A DNA stretch of 64,000 bases, from assembly GCA_903847585.1 (NCBI GenBank), contig CAINEC010000172.1:2717-66716 (forward strand), read 5' to 3'. The stretch is from an uncultured Bacteroidota bacterium. Lineage in GTDB: Bacteria; Bacteroidota; Bacteroidia; AKYH767-A; OLB10. Positions within the stretch are counted from its first letter, which is position 1. Every line of letters starts with the position of its first letter. This document shows positions 7,928 through 17,160 of this stretch, one piece after another. Under the pieces are notes generated by a model that saw nothing but the letters and a program-made list of their open reading frames with translations, was not told where the DNA came from and ran no database searches. The translations under genes were made by a program, and so were the position numbers.

Positions 7928-10801
7928 ATGAAAAAGGCGCTATTCCTGATTGCTTTCTTTTTTCTTTTTGCCTCATTAAATGTATTTGCTCAAGGTCCAC
8001 AACTAAATGTGGTTTCTAGTGATGTTGTTTGTCCAGCAAGTGGTTGTCAACAAATTGCATCATCAGTAACCATCACAAACGCAGCACCTAATGTTACGAT
8101 TGATGGAGCTTCTATCTTTTTTTATTCTGGATATACTCCTGCTCAGGATTCATTATCATTTACGCCAATGTTTGGAATCACGAGTACCTGGAATCAAACA
8201 ACAGGGGTATTAACCTTAAATGGAACGGCTACTGTTACTCAATATCAGCAGGCATTGCAGTCGGTAGTATTATGTAATCGGACTTCCAACTTTGTTACGG
8301 GGTACCGAACAATCATTTATGTATTGGGCAACTTATTATACAATCCAGTTAACCAGCATTACTACAAATTAATTCAGTCTGCTACGCCTATTTCATGGAC
8401 AACTGCTGTGGCAAATGCTGCTGCAACTAATTACTTAGGACTACAAGGATATTTAATTACGATAACAGATGCGCAAGAAAATAACTTTATCAGTCAGTTG
8501 GTAAACTCAAACACATGGATTGGAGCAAGCGATGCAGCAGTAAACGGTGTATGGCGCTGGGTAACAGGCTGTGAGGGATTAGAAGATGGCGGACTTGGTC
8601 GGCATTTTTCGGATGAGGTTAACTTTAATTGTACAAGTTCAACGGGAACTGGTGTTTCTATAGGTGGAAATTATCAAAACTGGGCAGTTGATGAACCGAA
8701 TGGTTGTCCTGGTGAAGACTATGCCCATTTATTTTACTACGGATTATGGAATGACTACAGCAACTCTGGTTCATCAGTAACTAATTACATTATCGAATAT
8801 GGTTGCATGCCTGGCGATCCATTCGTGCAGGCTTTTGACAGTATCGGATTGTATGTAAATGATTCTATTCCGAGACCCAATATCACAAGCAATCTTCCTG
8901 TATGCGATGGCGCAAATGTTACGTTAACAGCTAACGGAACATATACAGGTAATGCAGTTTATTCGTGGACAGGACCAAGTAGCTATACTGGAAATGCACA
9001 GAGTACAACCATTAATAATGTGACTCAAAGTTTGAATGGTAATTATGTAGTTACAATCACAGATAGTGCATGCGTTGCTACGCGATCCTTCACGTTAAAT
9101 CAGGGGCCGCCTGTTTCATCTTCACTTGTATCAAAAACAGATGCATTATGTTTCGGATCCGCATCAGGTACGATTACACAAGGTGGGAACAACGGAGTTG
9201 GTCCATATACCTATCAGTGGAACAACGGCCAAACGGGAGCCACAGCCAATAACTTAATTGCGGGAACTTATACAGTAACAGTTACCGATGCCATTGGTTG
9301 TACTGGAAGTGCTAGTTATAGCATCGGAGAGCCAACAGTATTAGATGCTTCTATTACGAGCACAACAGATGTATCTTGCCAAGGTAACGATGGTAAAGCA
9401 ACTGTTGCGCCTACTGGTGGTACTGGACCTTATACCTACTTGTGGAATAGCGGAAGTACGAATGCTAACGGCACTGGATTAACGATAGGAACATTTACCG
9501 TTACCGTTACGGATGCACATGGTTGCACAAAGGTGGTGAATGGAAACTTAGGAAGCATTGCAGCGGTAACAGCAACTGCTGGAAGTAACCCAACAATATG
9601 TATCGGACAATCGGCACCACTTTCAATTACAGCTGGTGGTGGAAAATCGCCATACACTTACCTATGGAGTAATGGTACAACTGGAACAACTGCAACTGTT
9701 AGTCCGACAACAACTACCAGTTATACAGTAACTGTGACGGACGCTAATAACTGCACTGCAGCATATACTTACACAGTAATTGTTAATCCTCCATTATCAA
9801 CTACTACTTCTGGCACTTCAACTGTTTGCAGCGGTGATCCGGTAACGTTAGGCGTGAATGTAAGTGGCGGAAATGGAAATTATTCTTATCAATGGAGCAA
9901 TGGAGCAACTACATCAAGCACGAGTGTAAATCCAACAATTACCACAACTTACCTTGTTACAGCTACTGATAATTGTGGAACTCCTGCAAAAATCGACTCA
10001 GTAAAAATTACTGTTATTGACTATCCAACCATAAAGTTTGGCTATACTCCAGACAAAGGTTGTATGCCGTTAGAAGTAGTTTTCTCTGACAGTTCACAAA
10101 CCGCAGCAGGATCTATCTATGCATGGGATTTTGGTAATGGCGATATTTCCAATGCTATTAATCCCACAACTATTTACCCTGACTCAGGTTTATATACCGT
10201 AATCCTTTCTATCACTACTCCGCAGGGATGTACAGGTAGCGATACTATTGTGAATGCAATTGAATCTTATTCAACTCCGGAGGCAGAATTTTCCTATGCT
10301 CCTTTAACGCCAACCATATTATTTAATAATATTGATTTTGAAGATAAATCATCAGGAGTAGTTAACCAATGGAGCTGGACGTTTGGTGATTCACTGGGAA
10401 GTGCAATGATTAATAATCCGAGCTTTTCATTCAATGAAGCGGGAGAATATGATATAACGCTTATAGTAAGTAATCAATATCAATGCAGTGATACAATTGT
10501 CAAAACTATTTCTGTAAAAAATGACTACTCCTTCTTTATTCCTAAAGCCTTTACACCGAATGATGATGGAGTGAATGATGTGCTGGAAATGTATGGCTTT
10601 AACTTCAGTTCATTTGATATGAAAATATATAATCGTGATGGACAATTAGTGAAAGAAGCTATTGCTAATCCCCTTTGGGATGGACGTGATTCAAACGGTG
10701 AATTTTTACCTTCTGGGGTATACATATACACCATTAATTTACGTGAAACGTTAAACCAGAAACGTTACGAATATAGAGGTACAATTACGCTAATACGATA
10801 G
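7928..10801 (+). CDS. Large secreted adhesin-like protein with a C-type lectin domain, SprB-type repeats, PKD-like domains and a T9SS type-B (gliding-motility) C-terminal domain
   Basis: 957 aa with a signal peptide. The CTLD carries 'WIGASD', 'EPN' and 'WND'. Repeats read 'GPYTYQWNNGQTG...YTVTVTDAxGCT'. The tail is 'FFIPKAFTPNDDGVNDVLE...IYNRDGQLV...WDGRDSNGEFLPSGVYIY'. Confidence 0.85.
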   Translation: MKKALFLIAFFFLFASLNVFAQGPQLNVVSSDVVCPASGCQQIASSVTITNAAPNVTIDGASIFFYSGYTPAQDSLSFTPMFGITSTWNQTTGVLTLNGTATVTQYQQALQSVVLCNRTSNFVTGYRTIIYVLGNLLYNPVNQHYYKLIQSATPISWTTAVANAAATNYLGLQGYLITITDAQENNFISQLVNSNTWIGASDAAVNGVWRWVTGCEGLEDGGLGRHFSDEVNFNCTSSTGTGVSIGGNYQNWAVDEPNGCPGEDYAHLFYYGLWNDYSNSGSSVTNYIIEYGCMPGDPFVQAFDSIGLYVNDSIPRPNITSNLPVCDGANVTLTANGTYTGNAVYSWTGPSSYTGNAQSTTINNVTQSLNGNYVVTITDSACVATRSFTLNQGPPVSSSLVSKTDALCFGSASGTITQGGNNGVGPYTYQWNNGQTGATANNLIAGTYTVTVTDAIGCTGSASYSIGEPTVLDASITSTTDVSCQGNDGKATVAPTGGTGPYTYLWNSGSTNANGTGLTIGTFTVTVTDAHGCTKVVNGNLGSIAAVTATAGSNPTICIGQSAPLSITAGGGKSPYTYLWSNGTTGTTATVSPTTTTSYTVTVTDANNCTAAYTYTVIVNPPLSTTTSGTSTVCSGDPVTLGVNVSGGNGNYSYQWSNGATTSSTSVNPTITTTYLVTATDNCGTPAKIDSVKITVIDYPTIKFGYTPDKGCMPLEVVFSDSSQTAAGSIYAWDFGNGDISNAINPTTIYPDSGLYTVILSITTPQGCTGSDTIVNAIESYSTPEAEFSYAPLTPTILFNNIDFEDKSSGVVNQWSWTFGDSLGSAMINNPSFSFNEAGEYDITLIVSNQYQCSDTIVKTISVKNDYSFFIPKAFTPNDDGVNDVLEMYGFNFSSFDMKIYNRDGQLVKEAIANPLWDGRDSNGEFLPSGVYIYTINLRETLNQKRYEYRGTITLIR

Positions 10802-10847
10802 TAAAACTATAAATAGTCTTAGTCAAAGTTCATCAATATTAATTTAA

Positions 10848-11117
10848 TTATTTATTAGGTTTACTTCCTTTAGTCCTAACAATGATCAGAAAAATGAAGT
10901 TTCCCAATACAAAGCAACAAACATTACCAACTTTGCCATGACGATTTACAGCCGATGGGGAAATTATGTAACTACCATCAATAATTTAGAAGAAGGATGG
11001 GATGGGAAAGAGAATGGGAAAATTGTGCAGGAGGATACATATATCTACCGAGTTAGCTTTACTGATGTTTTTAATGAGGAGCATCAAATAACAGGTAGGG
11101 TTTCAGTGGTGAAATAA
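10848..11117 (+). pseudogene. Orphan T9SS type-B C-terminal domain remnant with no cargo part
   Basis: The frame is open from 10848 and translates to 'FTSFSPNNDQKNEV...FAMTIYSRWGNYVTTINNLEEGWDGKENGKIVQEDTYIYRVSFTD...GRVSVVK*'. That is the full type-B CTD pattern, but only about 90 codons with an upstream in-frame stop. The only ATG (10938) lies inside the domain. Confidence 0.55.
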
Positions 11118-11127
11118 GAATTTACAA

Positions 11128-12570
11128 CTACAGTTTTATACAAACGTTTTTCTCTTCTGTAAAAAAATTCAAGGCTTCAAATCCGCCTTCACGACCAACA
11201 CCTGAATTTTTCACTCCACCAAAAGGGGTTCTTAAATCGCGAAGCAACCACGTGTTAATCCAAACAATTCCGCTATGCAAATTAGCAGCAACGCGATGCG
11301 CACGAGTTAAATGTTGTGTCCATACAGAAGCAGCTAAACCATAGGTTGTACTGTTAGCATATTTTAATACTTCCTCTTCTGTATCAAACGGCATTATCGT
11401 TACAACAGGACCAAAAATTTCTTCTTGATTTGTTCTGCAATCATAAGTTAATCCTTCAATAACAGTAGGCGTAATATAATATCCATTTGCATGTTCTCCT
11501 TCGGGATGTAATTGTTGTCCACCACATAAAATACTTCCTCCTTCTTGCTTTGCTAAATCAATATAAGAAAGAATTTTTTCCATGTGAGGTTTAGATACGA
11601 TAGCACCTATCCAATTATTATCATCTAAAGGATTTCCTACTTTTAATTTCTTTACTTCTTCAACAAAAGCTGTTTTGAATTTTTCATAAATACTGCGTTC
11701 AACAAATATTCTTGAACCGCATAAACAAATTTCTCCTTGATTAGAAAATGATGAACGCACCGTTGTTTGAACAGCCTTATCAAAATCACAATCGGCAAAT
11801 ATAATATTCGGATTTTTTCCACCTAACTCTAATGAAATCTTCTTAAACATTGGCGCAGCCGTACGTGCTATCTCTTCCCCTGTTTTTGTCCCACCAGTAA
11901 AGGAGATTGCAGGGATATCCTTATGTGATACAATTGCTTTCCCTACTTTATGTCCGTAGCCATGAATAATATTTAAAACACCAGCGGGCATTCCTGCTTC
12001 AATAGATAACTCTGCCAAATGAAATGCTGTCATTGGAGTAATCTCGCTTGGTTTAGCAATCACGCAATTACCAGAAGCTAATGCAGGAGCAATCTTCCAT
12101 GTAAATAAATACAAAGGAAGATTCCACGGAGAAATACAACCTGCAATACCTAGTGGAGTACGCATGGTATAATTCATTGCAACAGTTCCCATTGAATACG
12201 CCTCATCGTGTAAGTGTAATGAAGCAGTAGCATAAAAATGAATATTAGAAACTGCGCGAGGGATATCTACCGACTTTGATAACCACAATGGTTTACCGTT
12301 ATCGATTGACTCTGCTAATGCTAACTTATCTAAATCACGTTGAATTAATTCACTTAATCGAATCAGAATCGCAGAACGCTTTTCTTTAGGCATATCTCTC
12401 CACATAGGAAAGGCGTTCTTTGCCGCTGCCACTGCCATCTCCACATCGCGCTCATCACTATTTGGAATTAAACTATAAATACTTCCGTTAGAAGGATTAT
12501 AATTATCAATATACGTATCTGACGCAGGAGGTATTAATTGTCCGTTGATCAGGTTAAGAATTTTTTTCAT
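11128..12570 (-). CDS. 2-aminomuconate-6-semialdehyde dehydrogenase (ALDH8A1/NbaE-like)
   Basis: 480 aa, colinear with ALDH8-type enzymes: 'ISPWNLPLYLFTWKIAPALASGNCVIAKPSE', 'SLELGGKNPNIIF', 'FSNQGEICLCGSRIFV', 'PFGGVKNSGVGREG'. Confidence 0.8.
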   Translation of the reverse strand: MKKILNLINGQLIPPASDTYIDNYNPSNGSIYSLIPNSDERDVEMAVAAAKNAFPMWRDMPKEKRSAILIRLSELIQRDLDKLALAESIDNGKPLWLSKSVDIPRAVSNIHFYATASLHLHDEAYSMGTVAMNYTMRTPLGIAGCISPWNLPLYLFTWKIAPALASGNCVIAKPSEITPMTAFHLAELSIEAGMPAGVLNIIHGYGHKVGKAIVSHKDIPAISFTGGTKTGEEIARTAAPMFKKISLELGGKNPNIIFADCDFDKAVQTTVRSSFSNQGEICLCGSRIFVERSIYEKFKTAFVEEVKKLKVGNPLDDNNWIGAIVSKPHMEKILSYIDLAKQEGGSILCGGQQLHPEGEHANGYYITPTVIEGLTYDCRTNQEEIFGPVVTIMPFDTEEEVLKYANSTTYGLAASVWTQHLTRAHRVAANLHSGIVWINTWLLRDLRTPFGGVKNSGVGREGGFEALNFFTEEKNVCIKL

Positions 12571-12606
12571 TTCGATTGCTGAATAGAATACAAAATTACG
12601 GTTTAT

Positions 12607-14568
12607 CTAATTATCAGAAGCATGATTGACTACAACAAATTGACCGGTTGTAAAGTCCTTCCCACTCGCTTTAATGAAATACACACCACTGCTAATTTCT
12701 GAAGAAGGTATTTGAATAAATTGAGCCTCTTGGTATTTTTGATCAAATACTAACTTACCATTCATGTCTATAAGTTGTAATTCGAAATTATTTTGCAGCT
12801 GATTAAAACTTAGATTAATAAAATCAGTAGCAGGATTAGGGATGATTGAAAAATACAGCTGCGATATATTCTCTTGCTTTTGAGATAATGCAATACTGTT
12901 AGCCGTGATGATATCTGCATTCGGATTGATTATAATCGTATCTACATCAAATGAAACTGGAACAGTAAAATTTTGATAGTTAAAAATATTATCTAAGATA
13001 ATAGTTGTATCATTATTTGCTCCAAGCAATTGTATTGGGACAGGCAACTTGAAAAAACTAATACTTGAATCAGAAGTCGTTTGAGAGCAATTAAGCGTAA
13101 CTTGATTATTCAATTGACTCCATATTATTTTATAAAAAGGATAGCCTTCACCTTCGTACCATTCATTAAAATAATAATCAAGATTTAATCCTGAAGCATT
13201 TTCAAAATGATGCTTCACATTCGATGTTGTTGCATTTTTAAAAGCTATTGAAGGGTCATTTAAATAATTACGAAGAGCAGTAAAAAACGTTTGATCACCC
13301 AATATAAATCTGAGTTGATGTAATATCATCGCTCCTTTATTGTAGGTTAATCGACTATTAAAAATTCGACCAACACTTGTAGTATCTGAACACTTAACGC
13401 TTCCCCATTTCAGACTGGTAACTGAATTAATTTTAACCTTTTTAAATTGTAACCAATAATTAGGTGGATAATAATACTCATATGGCAATCCAGATAAATA
13501 AGTTGCAAACCCTTCATTTAACCAGATATCTTCCCAAGTATTGCATGTTATTTTATCGCCAAACCAATGATGTGCTAATTCGTGCGCCATCAGTTCATGT
13601 CCGAAGTTATTAATGAACGAAACGGTCTGATGCTCCATTCCTCCACCCCATCCAAATTGCGCTTGTCCGTATTTCTCATTGCTAAAAGGATATACTCCAA
13701 ACAACGAATCAAACAATTGCATCGTCGGAATTAAATCCAACAGTTGAGTTGATGCATTTATTGAATCTTCAGGATAAACAAAGTTTTGCACTAGTGTATT
13801 AATCGTATCAAATGGAACATTAAACTCAATCAATGAATAATTAGTAACAGCAAAAGCAATTAAATAAGTAGCTATTGGAAAGCGATGCTTCCAATGTACA
13901 ATTTTGGAAGAACCATTTACTTGCTGATTTATTAGTATTCCATTACTAACGGCAACCCTATCCGAAGGAATTTCTAAAAACACATCGATGGAATCGGCCT
14001 TATCATTCAGCGAATTTTTACAAGGCCACCAGTCGGATGCACCGTAAGGCTGGGAGAGCGTCCATATAATCGGATTACCTTGATGTGTTCCTTGCTTGAA
14101 TGATCCAAATCCAGAACTTGAAGGAACACCATGGTAATAAATCGTGATTGAATCACTTGTTTGAATACTTTGCACTAGAATAAATAACTGATTATTCTGA
14201 TGCAAAAAAGTAAGTGATTGCTGATGAAAAATAATACTATCACAAACTAATGAATTACTTAAGTCGACAAATAAAGTATCAACGTTTGAACTAACTGATT
14301 TAAAATTTATCTGAACATTTCCACTTATAAAATTCTGCGATGGATCAACAAGCCAATAGCACTTGTAATAGGTAACATCAATATTATCAGATTTTGTTGT
14401 TGCGTTCTGAAAAATTGTTGGATTGATGAATCGCAGTGATTCTGATTTTGCTATTGCTTCTAATTCCGTATCCTGACAAAAGCTATTTGTTGGTAAAATA
14501 ACATAAGTGACAAAGCAGAAAAACAAACAAATATATTTTTTCATCTTTTTTGTCAATTCTTTTTTCAA
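12607..14568 (-). CDS. M1-family zinc aminopeptidase with a T9SS type-A C-terminal domain
   Basis: 653 aa with a signal peptide. It has the 'GGGMEHQ' exopeptidase motif and 'HELAHHWFGD...(x18)...E' zinc site. The tail is 'FSIIPNPATDFINLSF...GVYFIKASGKD'. Confidence 0.85.
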   Translation of the reverse strand: MKKELTKKMKKYICLFFCFVTYVILPTNSFCQDTELEAIAKSESLRFINPTIFQNATTKSDNIDVTYYKCYWLVDPSQNFISGNVQINFKSVSSNVDTLFVDLSNSLVCDSIIFHQQSLTFLHQNNQLFILVQSIQTSDSITIYYHGVPSSSGFGSFKQGTHQGNPIIWTLSQPYGASDWWPCKNSLNDKADSIDVFLEIPSDRVAVSNGILINQQVNGSSKIVHWKHRFPIATYLIAFAVTNYSLIEFNVPFDTINTLVQNFVYPEDSINASTQLLDLIPTMQLFDSLFGVYPFSNEKYGQAQFGWGGGMEHQTVSFINNFGHELMAHELAHHWFGDKITCNTWEDIWLNEGFATYLSGLPYEYYYPPNYWLQFKKVKINSVTSLKWGSVKCSDTTSVGRIFNSRLTYNKGAMILHQLRFILGDQTFFTALRNYLNDPSIAFKNATTSNVKHHFENASGLNLDYYFNEWYEGEGYPFYKIIWSQLNNQVTLNCSQTTSDSSISFFKLPVPIQLLGANNDTTIILDNIFNYQNFTVPVSFDVDTIIINPNADIITANSIALSQKQENISQLYFSIIPNPATDFINLSFNQLQNNFELQLIDMNGKLVFDQKYQEAQFIQIPSSEISSGVYFIKASGKDFTTGQFVVVNHASDN

Positions 14569-14685
14569 TTTAATAAATCAAAGTTTATAATTTGATTCAG
14601 TGGGATAAAGAATACCAAGAATACTCCTTACTACATATTATTATTAAACAAACAAGATTAATAAATCTGTATTTATAAATTAAAA

Positions 14686-15474
14686 TTATAAGCAACCTGT
14701 ACGACCACCATCTACAGGAACATTAATCCCGTTGATGTACCCTGCAGCTGGCGATGCAAGAAAAGCAACTGCGGCTGCAATTTCTTCCGGTCTGCCAAAC
14801 CTACCCGCAGGAATTTCTGAAAGCATTTCTTGCTCTACCTCATCGATTGAATGATTTTGTTTTTGCGATTTATTTTCGATGATAGAGGATAATCGTTGTG
14901 TTGCTGTTGCTCCTGGCAATACATTGTTTACAGTAATTCCGAATGGCGCCACTTCAACTGATAGTGTTTTTGACCAATTAGCCACTGCTGCACGTATCGT
15001 ATTTGAAACGCCTAGCCCTTTCAAAGGTTGTTTTACACTCGTAGAAATGATATTGATAATCCTTCCAAATCCTACTACTTTCATTCCTGGTAAAACAGCT
15101 TGCGCGAGCAGGTGGTTGCAAAGCAAATGCTGATTAAAGGTATTTACAAAGGCTTCCGTTGTTGCATTCACAATTGGACCTCCTGGAGGCCCCCCAGTAT
15201 TGTTTACTAGAATATGAATTGTATTGCCTGCCTTTACAAAAGCATCAACAACTGAAGCTACTTGCGTTGGATTAGAAAAATCAGCTGCTAAGTAATGATG
15301 ATGCTGTCCATTTGGTGAGGGCAGCTCGCTACAGGTAATTTTCAATGCATCTTCGTTTCGCGCTAAAAGAACTATTGTTGCGCCTAATAGTGCTAATTCA
15401 GTTGCAATAGCCCTTCCAATTCCCTGAGAACTGCCGCAAACCAAGGCTGTGTGATTCTGTAAATTTAAATTCAT
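14686..15474 (-). CDS. Short-chain dehydrogenase/reductase family protein with an atypical active-site region
   Basis: 262 aa. It has 'CGSSQGIGRAIA' (glycine-rich NAD(P) motif), 'VNNTGG' and 'NVLPGATAT'. No Tyr or Lys is present where Y-x3-K is expected ('GVSNTIRAAVANWSK'). Confidence 0.8.
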   Translation of the reverse strand: MNLNLQNHTALVCGSSQGIGRAIATELALLGATIVLLARNEDALKITCSELPSPNGQHHHYLAADFSNPTQVASVVDAFVKAGNTIHILVNNTGGPPGGPIVNATTEAFVNTFNQHLLCNHLLAQAVLPGMKVVGFGRIINIISTSVKQPLKGLGVSNTIRAAVANWSKTLSVEVAPFGITVNNVLPGATATQRLSSIIENKSQKQNHSIDEVEQEMLSEIPAGRFGRPEEIAAAVAFLASPAAGYINGINVPVDGGRTGCL

Positions 15475-15565
15475 GAATAAATCAATTAAGGATATTACAA
15501 AAGAAACTTTGATAGTTTGATACGATTAAGTTACTTTGCTTTTCAATACTACAAATGTAATCGCT

Positions 15566-16084
15566 ATGGCAATCGCTACCCCAATTAATTTAAATAAATG
15601 GATTGATGAAAACCGACATTTATTAAAACCCCCTGTAGGTAACAAACTTGTTTACGAGTTAAGTGAAGATTTCATTGTGATGGTGGTAGGTGGTCCTAAT
15701 TCCCGCAAGGATTATCACTTTGAAGAAGGGGAAGAACTTTTTTACCAATTAGAGGGCGATATTACTGTGAAGACTATTCAAGATGGTAAGCATGTAGATG
15801 TGAATATTAAAGCCGGGGAAATGTTTTTATTGCCTCCACGCATTCCGCATTCACCGCAAAGAGGACCAAATACGGTAGGCTTGGTGATTGAAAGAAAGCG
15901 TAAAGAAGCCGAGATTGATAAATGCATGTGGTTTTGTGAATCATGCGCGACCAAATTATACGAAGCTGAATTTTCGTTAGAAGATATTGTAGAGCAGCTA
16001 AAGGCTGTGATGGAAAAATTCTACGGGGATGAAGCTTTACGCACTTGTAAAGAGTGTCATGCAGTGATGGAAGTTCCAAAGTGA
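15566..16084 (+). CDS. 3-hydroxyanthranilate 3,4-dioxygenase (cupin) with a C-terminal Cys4 rubredoxin-like site
   Basis: 'LKPPVGNK', 'MVVGGPNSRKDYHFEEGEELFYQLEGD', 'FLLPPRIPHSPQR', 'CESC...CKEC'. I chose the ATG at 15566 rather than the TTG at 15536 used by the ORF track. Confidence 0.85.
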   Translation: MAIATPINLNKWIDENRHLLKPPVGNKLVYELSEDFIVMVVGGPNSRKDYHFEEGEELFYQLEGDITVKTIQDGKHVDVNIKAGEMFLLPPRIPHSPQRGPNTVGLVIERKRKEAEIDKCMWFCESCATKLYEAEFSLEDIVEQLKAVMEKFYGDEALRTCKECHAVMEVPK

Positions 16085-16095
16085 TATCTTAATCA

Positions 16096-17160
16096 CTACA
16101 TTTTAAACTGATCCAGCTTAAAATGATTTTTTAGCCAACGAGGTAATATGATTGCACCCACAAAAATATACGGGTAGTAGCTTAATATTCTCCATAGTAA
16201 TCCTAACGCCGATGCCAAGCCGTTCGGAATAAATTCGTTTAAGAAATTACTGAAAATGTATTCTGCTAGTCCGCTGCCGCCTGGTGTCGGACTTAATAAA
16301 ATAATGATGCCCATCACGACTTGCTTTCCATAAATTACTGCATCATTGATGATATTGTCTCCATGAAATGCATGGATAATACAATTCACAATAGAGAAGC
16401 GGGCAATCCATGATGCAAACGTAGAAATGATGGTGATAACCCAGTACTTCGAGTTTTGATTTTTCAATCCTTTACTCGCAATAATTAATTGTTCCCCTGT
16501 TTCAATTGCGCTCTGATGCCATCTATTTAAAAGTGGTAGTGATGTTAATTTTAACAAAAGTGCTTTGATCATATGCGGATTGACAAACAACGCATAGGCA
16601 ATTAATATTTTATATCCGATAATTGAAAAATAAACGACCCAGAAAGTATAGAAGATGCTGCTTCCAACTGTTGTATCAATATGCACGCTTGAGAATAGCG
16701 CTTCTTTACCAATGAACCAATAAACAAGCGGAGCCATCGTAGCTAAGAAAATCCCATCTAAAAATGATGAATTCATAATAGCTGTAATGCTCTTTCCCAT
16801 ATTCACGCCTTCCTTATTCAAAATAAAAATGGCGAATAAAAATCCTCCACCGAACATCCCAGGAACTAATGCGGAACTAAACTCCCATAGCATGATCACA
16901 ATAAACGAGCGATACCAACCTAACTCATAATCGGTGAGTGCTCTAACGCGTACCATATACGCAAAGTCGCGAATGAAAATAGAAACACCTGCTAATAACA
17001 TCCACATTGTGGATGATGTTGTCCAGGTAATTTTTTGAAAGGAGGCAGGATTAAACTCCCGAAGAAACAACCACATTGCAACACCCAATCCAAGCAATAT
17101 AGGAAGGATAATTCTTCCTGCTGAAAACTGTTTTAGGATTTTACGTTGTTCATTCAGCAT
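16096..17160 (-). CDS. Polytopic membrane protein, lysylphosphatidylglycerol-synthase-TM-region / flippase-like (UPF0104-type)
   Basis: 354 aa with about 8 hydrophobic segments and a 'PTPGGSGLAEY' motif typical of this family. It overlaps scpA by 11 nt. Confidence 0.55.
   Translation of the reverse strand: MLNEQRKILKQFSAGRIILPILLGLGVAMWLFLREFNPASFQKITWTTSSTMWMLLAGVSIFIRDFAYMVRVRALTDYELGWYRSFIVIMLWEFSSALVPGMFGGGFLFAIFILNKEGVNMGKSITAIMNSSFLDGIFLATMAPLVYWFIGKEALFSSVHIDTTVGSSIFYTFWVVYFSIIGYKILIAYALFVNPHMIKALLLKLTSLPLLNRWHQSAIETGEQLIIASKGLKNQNSKYWVITIISTFASWIARFSIVNCIIHAFHGDNIINDAVIYGKQVVMGIIILLSPTPGGSGLAEYIFSNFLNEFIPNGLASALGLLWRILSYYPYIFVGAIILPRWLKNHFKLDQFKM

Noticed and set aside
7928-10801. 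The C-type lectin fold might be a diversity-generating retroelement target.
   Set aside because: The window contains no reverse transcriptase, no template repeat and no adenine-specific mismatch repeat. The domain is the canonical animal-type CTLD rather than the DGR variable-protein type.
15536-15565. A TTG start at 15536 for the HAAO gene.
   Set aside because: The ten extra residues are not part of the conserved HAAO N-terminus. An ATG at 15566 is available.
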